A stretch of 64,000 bases of DNA from Craspedostauros australis (Eukaryota), in NCBI GenBank assembly GCA_030167865.1, contig JALAGF010002695.1, positions 1 to 64,000 of the forward strand, read 5' to 3'. The notes under the pieces were generated by a model. It searched no databases and was not told the DNA's origin. It saw only the letters and a list, made by a program, of their open reading frames with translations. Positions within the stretch are counted from its first letter, which is position 1, and the number at the start of each line of letters is the position of its first letter. This document shows, in pieces, positions 21,269 through 32,866 of this stretch. A program made the translations under genes and the position numbers.

Positions 21269-23231
21269 GGCACCGACCTGTGGCGCAAGGCCATTGAAAA
21301 GGAAATGAAAGCCGTGCAACCTGCATTTGATATCAAGGAGACCAACACTCCTGATCCTGTTGGCTACCAATACATGGAATGCCACATGATATTCGCTGTC
21401 AAAGTGGACCTTACAAGAAAAGCGTGATTGGTTGCTGGGGAACACATGACGGAGGCACCAGCAACCATCACATATGTGAGTGTGGTATCAAGTGAAAGCG
21501 TATGAATTGCATTTCTGATTGCCGCACTCAATGATCTAGACATCCTTGCTGCAGACGTTCAGAACGCATATTTGAACGCACCATGTCGAGAACGCATATA
21601 CACACGATGTGGACCAGAATTCAGATCTGACCAGGGAAAGATCGCCATTATTTGTCGGGCCCTATACGGTTTGAAATCAAGCGGAGCAGCATGGAGAGCA
21701 CACTTGGCCAAGACACTGCGCGATTCGTAGGGATTCACATCCTGCCGTGCTGACAGCGACGTATGGATGAAACCTGCTGTGGCGAGCGATGGGTCAGAAT
21801 ATTACGAATACGTGCTCGTGTATACCGATGACATCCTGGCTGTATCCAAACAACCACGACGCATCCTTGATGCGATTGACTCACACTTTTTCCTCAAACC
21901 GAGTTCTATTGGCCCTCCTACAACATATTTTGGATCCACGATCTCACAATTCCACCTTGCTGCTGACCCAACACGCCCCAAATGGAGTATGGGTTCACAA
22001 GAATACACCATGTCCGCTCTCAAGGTCGTCACGAAATGGCTCACAGAACGCGATCAACGACTCAAGACCAAGGCATCCAGTGTCCTACCAAACAAATACT
22101 GACCTGAATTGGATGGATCGCAATTGTGTGATTCCGAACAAATGACATTCTATCAGCAGTTGATTGGTATACTGCACTGGACTGTTGAACTGGGATGCAT
22201 TGATATATGCTGCGAGACCTCAATGATGGCATCATATTGTGTTGTGCCACATATTGGTCATCTGAATGCTCTCTTTCACATGTTCGCATACCTCAAATCT
22301 CACGATCGTCCTTGCCTTGTTTTTGATGATGCATACATTGACAAACCACCTGTGATGCAACCTGACTGGAACGATTTCTACCCTGACGTTCATGAACAAC
22401 TACCTGCTGACATGCCACTGCCATGTGGAAAGGAAGTCCAAATGACGTGCTTTGTTGACACTGATCATGCAGGTGACCGCGTCACGTGACGCTCACGCAC
22501 TGGCGTACTTTTGTTTATAAATACGTCACCGATACTGTGGTACAGCAAGAAACAGAACAGCATTGAGACATCTACATTTGGCAGTGCATTCACGGCACTC
22601 AAGGTAGCAAATGAGATCATCATTGGAATGCGATACAAGCTCCGCATGATGGGCATCCCACTGGATGGACCCGCGGATGTACGTGTCGATAATCAGAGTG
22701 TGGTATACAACTCATCACTACCAGAATCACAATTACAGAAGAAAGCCAATGCCATCGCATATCAATTCGTCAGCGAAAGCATCGCTGCGGGTATCTTGGT
22801 TGTCCAACATGAGCCATCAGAGACCAATCTATCCGACATGCTCACAAAACTACAACAAGGACCGAGACGAAAAGAACAAGCACAACGGGTCCTCTTCTGA
22901 CCTCGGCGCTGCACGACAGTACCCAAGGGTGGTCAATCATGGGCTTTGCTCATGGTTGATTGGATGAGCGCCCTGCGATGTCCACACATGGGGCATGCAG
23001 CAGGTACATCCCGAATACAAGCAAAAAGTGACGATACGACGGCCAGCAGAGCCACTGCGCATCGAGGGGACCAAACCGGGATATGTGTGAAACCGTTGAA
23101 CTGGCGTTACGCTGTGAACACGCGCACCAATCAAGGACGATACAACAGTGAAGCAGTTGCATAGACTCATACGACATCGATAAGACTCATAATCTACATC
23201 TTTACCCCTCTTGCATCTTATTTGGGTTTCA
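21266..23231 (+). mobile_element. 5'-truncated, inactivated Ty1/copia (CoDi-like) LTR retrotransposon: RT plus RNase H (21266-22900), PPT-like GAGGGGAC (23064-23071) and probable 3' LTR (about 23071-23231)
   Basis: One frame gives LWRKAIEKEM, CHMIFAVK, DVQNAYLNA, ALYGLKSSG, YTDD, FVDTDHAGD, SKKQNSIETSTFGS and NLSDMLTK, with 5 premature stops. LTR limits are approximate. Confidence 0.93.
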
Positions 23232-23400
23232 TGTGTGTAATGACTTGCAGGTAGGTGCCACGAAGATGTGGACGCCCACTCGCAAGATCCGTTTGTCATT
23301 GCTGTCTCATGGTCCGTCACCTCTCACTCTCTCTCTCTCTCAACGCAACAAGAATATGCGAAGAAGACAGAACGCCCATGTTATACAAATCATGCAATAG

Positions 23401-24966
23401 TTAACTCTTGGATCGACAGCCCCCATTGGAACACAAGTGAATGGTGGATTGCATCGCTGCATGTTTGTCCTTCTTCGATTTCTTCGTCCGACTCATGCTG
23501 CTCGAAGCTGTCCCGCCGTCCGCCACCAACAGCAAAGGAAGCGATGACGAATCTGCCTGCAGACCTGTGGAACCGGATTTCAATTGCTTCCTGCGTCGGC
23601 GGCGGGCTTGGTTCATGACATCATCGGTGATCGGAATCAGGCCATCCTTCCACGATTCGTGCATCGTCAGAATGGGAAAGAATTGCAATCCAGAAACGGC
23701 CTCCAAATCCTGCCAGTGCACCACAAAGTCTTCGAGTTGGCTGGTCTTGTCTACTAGCGCTGCGTTGGGGATGACGAAGCATGCATGCTTGTGAATCTTC
23801 ATGTTCCTGACGACCACGACGACCTTGAAGAAGTGGGTGGGGACATGTACCAAGGACGGTGGCTGACCCAGTGATAGATGGCCAAATTTGTACTTCCTAT
23901 CATCAACTCTCTCCGTGGGCAACCAAAGCGGTCCCGTCATGACGTACGTGGTACCGCTCGCATCGGCGCTGGCATGGGCAGTGCGACGATTCATACGGTT
24001 GTGGTTACCTTCGTTGTCCTGCCCGGCCTCGCGCTTGGCGACTGATCGACACCAATTCTCCAACCGTGCCCAGATAGAGACATTCATGGCGTGATGCTGC
24101 GGAGATACGTTGCACAGCGTGAAGGTATCGTCATACACTTGAAAGGAATGGTCGTCCTTCGTCTCGCCAAAGTCTGCGGCCGGTGCCTGATGACCGCGAT
24201 CGTACCCACTGTTTCGGTAGTGCGAGATCCTGGACCGGTAGACCTCGGGCAGCGCCTTCTCTTCATGAAAGTTGGGACGCCGTGATGGCTGGGGTGCGTC
24301 GATCTGTTCCACGTCCAAGTGCTCGAGGACGTACAGCGGATTGCGGGTGCGGACATCAAACGCGATCTCCAAGAATCGATTTGGTCGGAACACTCGTATG
24401 GGTGGGTTGGGTGAAAGCGCTGGCAGCAAGCTTGCCATAGCTGTTCCCGTTGATTTTGTCGTTGCGTCTGTTGGCGAAGTCTTCGTTGGAGATGCGAGCA
24501 CTTCAGTAGATGACGATGACGATGGAGGCGTGGGCTGTGCTTGCTGTGTTGGCTTGGACGATGAAAACGAGAACCACGAAGCTGCGAGCATCTTCTGAGA
24601 TTGCGCTTGGCTTTCGCAGCATCCGTCTCTTGTGTTCCGTACGAGTGCCCCCGCTTGATCGCACAATGCTGGACGACCACCGACAAGCGTATCGGATACA
24701 TCGTCGCCATTCCTACCCGCACTTCGTTTGCTGATGGGTTGTGAGGATGTGCCATCGGCAACAGCAACAGCAACAGAAATACCACCCAAACGAGTGTCCT
24801 TGCTCTCACAGCGACTGGTCGTTTCGTCACCTCCTATTGTCGTTGACGGCGTCGATGTCGAAGTTGATGCTGACGTTGTCATCACCGCCGTGGCCGCCGC
24901 AATGGCAGCACATCCGACCGCCGCGGCTTTCGGTTGTGACAAACATCTTGTCGCAAATCGAAACAT
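23401..24966 (-). CDS. ENDOG: DNA/RNA non-specific endonuclease (endonuclease G/Nuc1-like), probably mitochondrial
   Basis: SGYDRGHQAPAAD active-site motif, TFTLCNVSPQ, WARLE, VMTGPLWLP and VPTHFFKVV. The N-terminus MFRFATRCLS looks like a mitochondrial presequence. Confidence 0.92.
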   Translation of the reverse strand: MFRFATRCLSQPKAAAVGCAAIAAATAVMTTSASTSTSTPSTTIGGDETTSRCESKDTRLGGISVAVAVADGTSSQPISKRSAGRNGDDVSDTLVGGRPALCDQAGALVRNTRDGCCESQAQSQKMLAASWFSFSSSKPTQQAQPTPPSSSSSTEVLASPTKTSPTDATTKSTGTAMASLLPALSPNPPIRVFRPNRFLEIAFDVRTRNPLYVLEHLDVEQIDAPQPSRRPNFHEEKALPEVYRSRISHYRNSGYDRGHQAPAADFGETKDDHSFQVYDDTFTLCNVSPQHHAMNVSIWARLENWCRSVAKREAGQDNEGNHNRMNRRTAHASADASGTTYVMTGPLWLPTERVDDRKYKFGHLSLGQPPSLVHVPTHFFKVVVVVRNMKIHKHACFVIPNAALVDKTSQLEDFVVHWQDLEAVSGLQFFPILTMHESWKDGLIPITDDVMNQARRRRRKQLKSGSTGLQADSSSLPLLLVADGGTASSSMSRTKKSKKDKHAAMQSTIHLCSNGGCRSKS

Positions 24967-25212
24967 CGATCGCAAAGGAGGAGGCAGTTGACAAAGGTGG
25001 GTGCAGAGCAACTTCCTTGGATGGTTGACGCTGACTCTCCTGTCCACCAAGGCTGTTTCGCTCGCAGTATGGGCAAAGGCAGCGGCTCACGATTTCTCCC
25101 ATTGTTTGTTTGGCGTTGTTGCGCGTGCCGCACCTTGTGCATTCTTCGTGGGATCTTGGATTTCCTCGCCTTTTCGCCAAAACCGGAATGCCCATTTGGC
25201 TGTGTGGCGCGG

Positions 25213-25224
25213 TGTGACGTCACA
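25213..25224. promoter_or_regulatory. Perfect 12-bp palindrome TGTGACGTCACA (CRE/bZIP-type core) in a divergent promoter
   Basis: Seen directly between the EndoG start (24966, minus) and ORF 25848 (plus). A related ACGTCACA half site lies near 25413. Function is inferred. Confidence 0.35.
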
Positions 25225-25847
25225 TGACCGAATCCAAGATTGGAACAAGAACGGGTCGTATTGATCGGACCCCAATTCATGGATTTGATAAGTGCATGTG
25301 TGTCGCACTTTCGCAATCACATACGAGCCAGCGATGGACGACTAACGTCCACGACTTTTCATGCGTAAGTGCTTGGGAACCCCGATCGCCAATAACGTGG
25401 CCAGGCATGTCACGTCACATTTTAGTTGCTTTGTTTCTCTCTGTTCTTGTTGTTGCTGAACTTCTTGTGTCGAAAGCAAGAACGCGAATGTTCGAATGTG
25501 CACACAGGGGCACAATCAGGACATCAACGCATCAACGCATCAACGCATTCAACGACAGAAGACAGGGAGGTGATCCACAAACATCTACGCTTTTGGTCCA
25601 ACTCGTGCAGAAGCTGAGGTATACAGGACGGGGGCCATCGCATCGACATAGCCCAACCATTCTCTCATCGTCTCACTGTCGTTATCACTTTCACTATCAC
25701 TATCACCAGCAATCAAACCTGCCAATACGACATAGTCTCCGCCACTTGGCTTTTGTTTTCGTCGAACTGTCCGCCACTGCAATCACAATCGGACGAGGAA
25801 CCGCATGAAGCAGAACATCTGTAGTGAAAGCAGGAGACGACAACAAC

Positions 25848-27083
25848 ATGGTGAAGAGCGATTCGAGAAGGCGCCGCGCTGAGGAGGTTGGTGAGCAGCA
25901 ACAACAACAGCCTCAGCAGATCGAGTCCAAATCGGGTGAATCTGCACCGCTGGGCGCGTCAACATCGTCAGCCTCGTCGATATCAGGATCAGCGTCAGGA
26001 GCAATATCAACAGGCAGGATGGTGATATCTCTACCGACCAACAAGTCAAGAAGCAGAGACAGCAACAACAACGCCACAATCGCCGACGACGACGACAACA
26101 ACGAAAATAGTCTTCGCAGCAGCAGTCACGACAGCATCCGATCAGTGCGTTCTGCCATCCTGTCACAACGACCGCTGCTGACTCAACAACCATCTCTGGA
26201 AGAAGACACTTCCGACGCCCGATGTCTGCACTTCAGCTGCCTGAATCCCTTGGTACCGCTGCGCCGCATGGTCCGTTCCATCAAGAACCGAAGATCCGGA
26301 GAACGCAGCCGACGATCGGAGCCACCGCAGCATGGCTTTCGCAAACTTACGGATGATGCGGAGAGCAAGATAGTGAGCCAACGCGTGCAGCGATTGATCC
26401 ACGTACGATCTATCCATCGCACTGACAGCAACACGGGCAGCATCTCCTCCATCAGCTCTATGGAGTACCGCTCACTGTCCGTGAAGGATAGTGACGACGG
26501 TTGCTCCTCTGACGACATGGATGACGACTCCATGAACTACATCCGCGGCGCGTACTCCGCCGACGGTCTCAGCACGCTGTACGAAGTCGACGAAGAAGAT
26601 CTGACCGAAGCATCGTCGTGCATCTCGGGCTCCAAGCAACAAAAAAAGCAAAAGAAGAAGGAGGAGAAGGAAGAGGCCAACAAGACTGAGAAGCTGGCAA
26701 GGTATCTCAAGTACGATGACCAAGATGACTACGACTACGCCTCCATATCTCAAGCGATATCGTCAGGCGGGTCCTCGGTCGATGAAGAGCCGTACATCTG
26801 GGATTCATTGTGGGAGATGTACCCCTCCATGCCCAACGATCCTTGCGATCCGCACAATCCAAGTCCTCGGACTCTTCGGCAACGGCAGCAAAGGCAACGG
26901 CAACGGCAGCTTGAAATGGACAAGCACCGCGCCAGTCCCAACGATATGACCACGGCGACGTGCCCCACAGACAGCGACAATAGCCTATCCGGGGGCGAAG
27001 AGCAAGCCCGCCATCCACGGGATATCGAAGGCAACGGAGACGGCAACCTCCTTGTCGCCGAGGTCGACAATGACGCCATATGA
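25848..27083 (+). CDS. Hypothetical low-complexity Ser/Asp-rich protein
   Basis: About 411-aa uninterrupted ORF with coding-like composition; no recognisable domain. Confidence 0.65.
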   Translation: MVKSDSRRRRAEEVGEQQQQQPQQIESKSGESAPLGASTSSASSISGSASGAISTGRMVISLPTNKSRSRDSNNNATIADDDDNNENSLRSSSHDSIRSVRSAILSQRPLLTQQPSLEEDTSDARCLHFSCLNPLVPLRRMVRSIKNRRSGERSRRSEPPQHGFRKLTDDAESKIVSQRVQRLIHVRSIHRTDSNTGSISSISSMEYRSLSVKDSDDGCSSDDMDDDSMNYIRGAYSADGLSTLYEVDEEDLTEASSCISGSKQQKKQKKKEEKEEANKTEKLARYLKYDDQDDYDYASISQAISSGGSSVDEEPYIWDSLWEMYPSMPNDPCDPHNPSPRTLRQRQQRQRQRQLEMDKHRASPNDMTTATCPTDSDNSLSGGEEQARHPRDIEGNGDGNLLVAEVDNDAI

Positions 27084-27368
27084 TCGAGTTGCGCACCCCC
27101 GCTTCATCCACTGCATGAACCATGTGGATGGTACCAAGCAAGAAGGTACCAACCGCAGGGAAGGAGGGAAGCAAGCATCCGCTGCTATCCCATCAAACAA
27201 CGTCGCCACGACGTCACGACACCAATTCTCATGAATGTTACAACAACTGTATCAGTATTCCTAGTTCATTAACATTGAAAACACCACATTCCAAGATCCT
27301 ACTTAATCCTGTCATGACATCGCACAAAGCATGTGTTTCGACCAGGTGCTTTGCTTTCCTCCATTTTT

Positions 27369-29504
27369 CTACTCGACAGTATCCTGCAAATCTCGGGGGT
27401 CATCCCCTTTCTGAGTCAGATGCGCGATGCAATCCACAATTGGCGGACGTTCCTGCATACGACTCAGGAGGACAGCATCCTCGGCGCGCTGTTGCTTCTC
27501 CTCCGCTGACAAGAAACGTTCACCCTTGGCATCGGAGGATACGAGCGCATCGATCTCGGCCTCCAATCGCTCCTCGAAGCCAGGACCGAAGTACAGTTGG
27601 GCGGACATCGGGTTCGTGCTGTCAGCTTGGCCGGAGGTGCTTTTTGTGTCCGCAGTCGCAGTGGGCGGTTTTGACGCGAACAGCGGGGTTGGGCATACGT
27701 CCGGTTCCCTCATGGCCTTATCAATTTCAGCCACGGTGAGCTGCTCTCCGCGACGCAGCTCGGACAGCACCAAGGTGTCATCCCCGTCCTCGCACCGGCG
27801 GCGGATATTGCGAAGGAAGATGGCCTTCTCCACGATCTTGCCCATGAAGTCGTATCCCAAGAACGCCAAGGCCTGCGTGGTGTCCTCGTTCGGCGGTGGC
27901 ACTTCCTCCGGTTCGAAGCCCAACCAATGCAGGAAGCGGACCGACGCCGACGTCATCGATTCCCAGTTTCCACCGGATCGCTTGCCCTTTCTCGATTTGG
28001 AGTTGCGTTTGGAATCCCACTTGGCCTCTGCGGCAGATTTCCTGTTCGCAAAGCCCCGGCGGCCCAACAAGGATCCCTGCCTCACCTTGGCGAACTTGAG
28101 GTACCAATCCTCTTTCATGCGGTTCGTTCGAAGATCGAATTGGATCGTTCGCTCGAACAGGTGCCCCTCCGTCAGCGGCAATGCTGCGTCGGGATCCGGC
28201 GCATCCAAGTCACCGCTGTCACCAGGTGGTTGCATGTTCTTCTTTCGTCTGGTGGACTTGGACTTCGGCTTGGGTGAGTCTGGTTCGCTGGTGCCATCAG
28301 GTGTGTCATCTTTTTCGTCGCTGCCGTCGTCGCCGTCGTCGTCGTCATCATCGTCATCACCATTCTCAGTCTCTTCCTCTTGTTGCTCCGCCAACGTCTC
28401 CACCTGCTTGCCTTGCGCGTCGCCATGATCACAGGAATCGTGCATGAGCACCCATCTCATGTAGGCCCTCATCTCTTCTGGAAACAGCTTGTGCAGCTGA
28501 TCCACGTCGAAGCCGCATTTGGGATTGTACCCCAGCTTGTTGTTTCCCGTCAGCGCCATGAAGACCATTTGGTTGTCGACCGCGTTGGAATGGATCACGG
28601 GTGCATCGCGCAAGTTCAACGTCTGGCGCGCTGCAAGGAAGTCCTTCTTGTCGGCACGGCGCAACGCGCGAGCATCCATGACGGCGACTTGCAAGCATTT
28701 GCGAGTACCCATCAACGCCGCTTCGACGGTCTTGGGGTCCGGCGATGGGCCGTCGCCAAACGTTGTCAGCATCTGCGCGCCGGCCTTGCCAAGAGGTATG
28801 TGCTTGTAGCGTTCGTAGTTCGGTGTCTCTTCTTCCTTTTTCTTGGATGCGGCCGCTTTGCTATCATCGCTCTTCTTTTGTTTCTTTTGCGGTTTGGTAT
28901 CACGTTTGGTTCCCGATCGGGTTGTCCTCTTGTTGGAAGCGGATGAGGGAGGTTTCTTGGACGCCAACGGTGTGCTGTCATCCGTGCCATGGTCATCATC
29001 ATCATCATCGTTGGTCACATCATTCTCATCGTCTGTGTCGTAGTTGTCCGTATCTTCTTCGATCACATCTTCCACAACTGGACGGTGGGAACGAGTCGCA
29101 ACGCCCTGAGCTGCTGGTGTGGCTTGAGCATTGGGCTTCATTTGTGAACGTGTTCGTGGCCGAACTTGAACCGGCGTTGGTTTCGGAGCTGGTTTCTTGG
29201 CACCGATCCCAGCGAGGATCTCGTTGACCTTCGCATCCAAGGAGGTTCCAGAAACGTGGTTGCGATTGGCATCACTTGGAGGAGGAGCAGCAGAAACGCC
29301 ACCTCCCAACATGATGGCCAGCAGCTCTTCCATTTGATTGCCCAATTCCTTCGTCTTTGCAGCGACATCGTTCTTGTCGTTATCGTTGGTGTTGGTGTTA
29401 TCGTTGGCTTTGGTGGAAGGCGGCTTCTTGGGCGGTGCCTTCTTCTTGCTGTGGCCGCCAAACGGGAAACCGCGTCTGCTGCCACCACCACCAAACGAAG
29501 ACAT
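27369..29504 (-). CDS. SPT3: SAGA complex subunit Spt3-like protein with long disordered insertions
   Basis: First histone fold QMLTTFGDGPSPDPKTVE. FDLRTNRMKEDWYLKFAKVRQGS and RFLHWLG...PNEDTTQALAFLGYDFMGKIVEKAI parallel the conserved Spt3/SUPT3H blocks. Confidence 0.78.
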   Translation of the reverse strand: MSSFGGGGSRRGFPFGGHSKKKAPPKKPPSTKANDNTNTNDNDKNDVAAKTKELGNQMEELLAIMLGGGVSAAPPPSDANRNHVSGTSLDAKVNEILAGIGAKKPAPKPTPVQVRPRTRSQMKPNAQATPAAQGVATRSHRPVVEDVIEEDTDNYDTDDENDVTNDDDDDDHGTDDSTPLASKKPPSSASNKRTTRSGTKRDTKPQKKQKKSDDSKAAASKKKEEETPNYERYKHIPLGKAGAQMLTTFGDGPSPDPKTVEAALMGTRKCLQVAVMDARALRRADKKDFLAARQTLNLRDAPVIHSNAVDNQMVFMALTGNNKLGYNPKCGFDVDQLHKLFPEEMRAYMRWVLMHDSCDHGDAQGKQVETLAEQQEEETENGDDDDDDDDGDDGSDEKDDTPDGTSEPDSPKPKSKSTRRKKNMQPPGDSGDLDAPDPDAALPLTEGHLFERTIQFDLRTNRMKEDWYLKFAKVRQGSLLGRRGFANRKSAAEAKWDSKRNSKSRKGKRSGGNWESMTSASVRFLHWLGFEPEEVPPPNEDTTQALAFLGYDFMGKIVEKAIFLRNIRRRCEDGDDTLVLSELRRGEQLTVAEIDKAMREPDVCPTPLFASKPPTATADTKSTSGQADSTNPMSAQLYFGPGFEERLEAEIDALVSSDAKGERFLSAEEKQQRAEDAVLLSRMQERPPIVDCIAHLTQKGDDPRDLQDTVE

Positions 29505-30189
29505 GTTCGATCCGCTGCTGTTCGTTGTCTTTCGATTCTGCGATTATCTGTTCTGCTATGGAGTAGGTAATGTGTTCAAGATTCTATGCCAAGCTTGGTA
29601 TAATACTTTGGTGTAGTGATCTCATCAGTCTGAATCATTGTGGATCACTTCCAGCGCATCATTGTTGCTCATTCTTTGGTGGTGGCGACAGAGGTTGATG
29701 TGTTTCGTGCCATTCAGGTGTTCGCGAATCACCAAAACCCGATTTTCGACAATTTCGGTATCTATGACTACCTCGACTAACGTTCTCCACAAACAGTTCC
29801 GGACACTTGTGTTTGTGTGGTGGTGACCACTCCCTCTTGGTAACGTTTTGCCACTGTGTGGTGATGATGGTGGTGTCAATTTCGCGTGCAGAAAAATGCC
29901 GATGAGACAGAAACAACAAAGAAAGGAAAGCCACGAACAACACGCAGAGAGCATCCGCAAAGCACAGTTGTGACAACAAACGGCAACAAGGAGTCAACAG
30001 GAGGCCGATCTTGAAGTGTTGGATACAGCCCACACCCGCATTCTCACATCAACACATCCCCAGTATCCGATCAAAGAAGTTCACACGAGCTTCGCCGAGT
30101 AGTCTCTGGAAAGATAGATAGATAGCTGTCAGACAGACTGTGATTCGATCCGATCCGATCCACTCTCCTTGCGCACCAACACAACAACA

Positions 30190-32075
30190 ATGTTCAGCCT
30201 TCGCCTTCCTCTCATTGCTGCCTTGCTTTCGGCAACCACCACCGTCGAGGCTTTCAGCAGGTACGTGAGCGATCCAATGCAGCGCCATGCAACACGATGC
30301 ATGGCATGTCAGCGCGCAGGACTTCCCTTTGTATCAACTTTGGGTTCGATTCTTGTTCTGCACCGCGGGCATCATCCTGTGCAAACCGAAGGTTCATTTC
30401 GAGGAGAGCAAAAGTGACGGATTGCCTTCCAGAGAATGCGTGCGGAGCGGAATGTAGCAGACGGATGGACATGCGATAGTCCTGTGCCGTGTGACCAGCT
30501 CTCGGTAACACAAGATTCACGACGATAAACGAACAGAGCATCCTCCCATGCCTCCATGTTCCCAACAGGTCGCCCATCCCGTTACCCTTCAGACCATCCG
30601 TCTCTGCACTCAACAACTCATTCCATTCATCAATCCAACCATTTCACAAACACGGACTTCCGCCGCCACATTGTCACGCCATTGGTCTACTCTACTATTC
30701 TACAATCTGCTTCTTTGTGCGAATGCCGCATCGCCGTCTCCGCATTCTCGACCCTCACATCCTTGTCACAATCCTTCCACAACCAACGTGACAAATTGAT
30801 CAATCGTCTCGTGGCACTCTCTTGATTCGTGTCCGCGCCATCAACGTCAACAACACCAACTGCAACTGCGTCAATCACATCGACATCAATCACACCAACT
30901 CCAAACAATCTACGATTCTCGCAATCAACAGCGTTGCCAGCAACCAGCTCCTGCGCACACCAACTGCCTTTGCAACACCAAAGCAACGCCAGCAGCACAT
31001 CAAGCAACAATCGCAGCACCAGATCAGTTACCACAAATCTCATTCCATGAAAACACAAACATGGGCCCAATCCCCAGAATCGTCTTCATCCGATGAGAGC
31101 AGCACAATGAAGCAGCAACCACCAAAGGCTCCGGCCACGACCGCGTTCACCACCCCGGCCTCCATCATCGCCACCCTCGCGACGATAGCCGCCATCACCT
31201 TCACACCCACGGCCTGCCATGCCATCGACCTCGCCAGCACCAACAAATTCATCGCCAGCATCGCCGAGACCGGATTCTACCAGGCCTTCAGCCTCGTCTT
31301 CGTCAGCGAGATCGGTGATAAGACCTTCTTCATGGCCGGACTCCTGGCCGTCCAGACTTCCAAATTCGTCTCGTTCGTGGGATCCATGGCCGCCCTGGCC
31401 GTCATGACCATCATCTCCGTCGTCATCGGACAAGTCTTCCACGTCGTGCCAGCCGGACTCGGTGACGGTATACCGTTGGACGATGTCGCGGCAGCCTTGG
31501 CGTTTGCCTTCTTCGGATACAAGACCCTCAAGGAGGCGCTCGATATGGAAGAGAGCGTCATGGATGAAGAATTGGCCGAGGCGCAAGAGGAAGTCGAAGG
31601 CAGCAACACGTCCAAGCAGGGCAGTTTCATGTAAGCGGATGCAACCGATACGCGGATGGATGGATTTGCTTGCTGTTGTTCTGAATGCTTTTTTCTGCGT
31701 CACCTTGTGTGCCATGCATACCTGTCTTTCGTAATTGGTCCTTCTCACATTTCCCACTCCCACCAAACCCCCCTCCCTTCTGCAACGACATCTCAATTCA
31801 CTTTCACACGCAGCGCCCGTGCCTTGAGCATCTTCGGACTCGTATTCGCCGCCGAATTCGGTGACAGATCCTTCCTTTCCACCATCGCTCTGTCCGCAGC
31901 ACAGAATCCATTCAGCGTTGCTGGCGGTGCCATTGGCGCTCACGCCGTCGCGACAGGAATTGCCGTCTCGGGTGGAGCCGCCCTCTCGAAGTACCTCTCG
32001 GAGCGAGTCATCGGCATCATCGGCGGATCCCTCTTCCTCGTCTTTGCTGTCACCACGGCTTTCGGGATCTTCTAA
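30190..32075 (+). CDS. GDT1/UPF0016-family Mn2+/Ca2+ transporter, plastid-targeted (PAM71/CMT1-like); exons 30190-30260, 30932-31630, 31814-32075
   Basis: Two ExGD(K/R)(T/S) motifs ([16 protein letters not shown]). Exon 1 encodes the signal peptide [23 protein letters not shown]. Phase-compatible GT-AG introns. Confidence 0.92.
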
Positions 32076-32866
32076 GTATTGCCGTTCTTGATGACACATT
32101 ACACTCTACTAGAACAAAGTTCATTGGGAGCTGAGATTATCACACGAGTAGGCAGTGCACACATCTGTTGAGGATAGCTGTCGCCTTGCAATTGGAAGGA
32201 GCCGCATGAGACGATTTGGCGAGACGATGACGGGTGCTTCTCTCTTCTTTCTGCAACTAGTTTTCTCTACCCATGTTCTGATAGACTTCTTCTCCCATCA
32301 ACACCGTGTCTGTCCGTCCATCTGTGCTTGATGGTGACGACAACAATGGGCCAATCACAACGAAGTATCCATGTTGATCCGCGACTGGAATTGGAAGAGT
32401 GTACGTCAGTCGTGACCGGATTGAAATGGAGAAAGACAGTCTCGTTGCAGCCGTGCGTGACATCACTCACCTCGCCTGCATCGCATGACACAAATCTGTC
32501 GACGCAACCGCGCCACGTCCACCCCTCTCAAACATCATTTCGTCGCTGTGACAATCGACAACGACATCATCCGCAACGTCCATCATCATCATCGTCGTCG
32601 TCTCCTTCTGCTTCTGATTCTTCCGCGTATTGCGTTGCACTACGTTGCTTTCCATCGCATTGCAACAGATCTTTCGTTGCAACATTCCCTCACACCCTCT
32701 TGAGAGCAACGCGGTTATAATTCTGACAGCGAGAGGCAAACGAAAAAGATAAACGGAGAGATCCATTCACCCATTGATTCTGTCTACGGAAGCAGCGATC
32801 ACAACACATCACTTTGACAACAATCGCAACAGCAGGAGCAATCAGCAGCACCATACTTGAGCAACC

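Noticed and set aside
21425..22489. In-frame TGA codons as selenocysteine or programmed readthrough
   Set aside because: They fall at conserved Arg positions in a truncated TE, a TAG is also present, and CpG decay explains them better.
30340..30356. GGGTTCGATTC resembling a tRNA T-loop in the GDT1 intron
   Set aside because: No proper T-stem, acceptor stem or D-arm can be formed.
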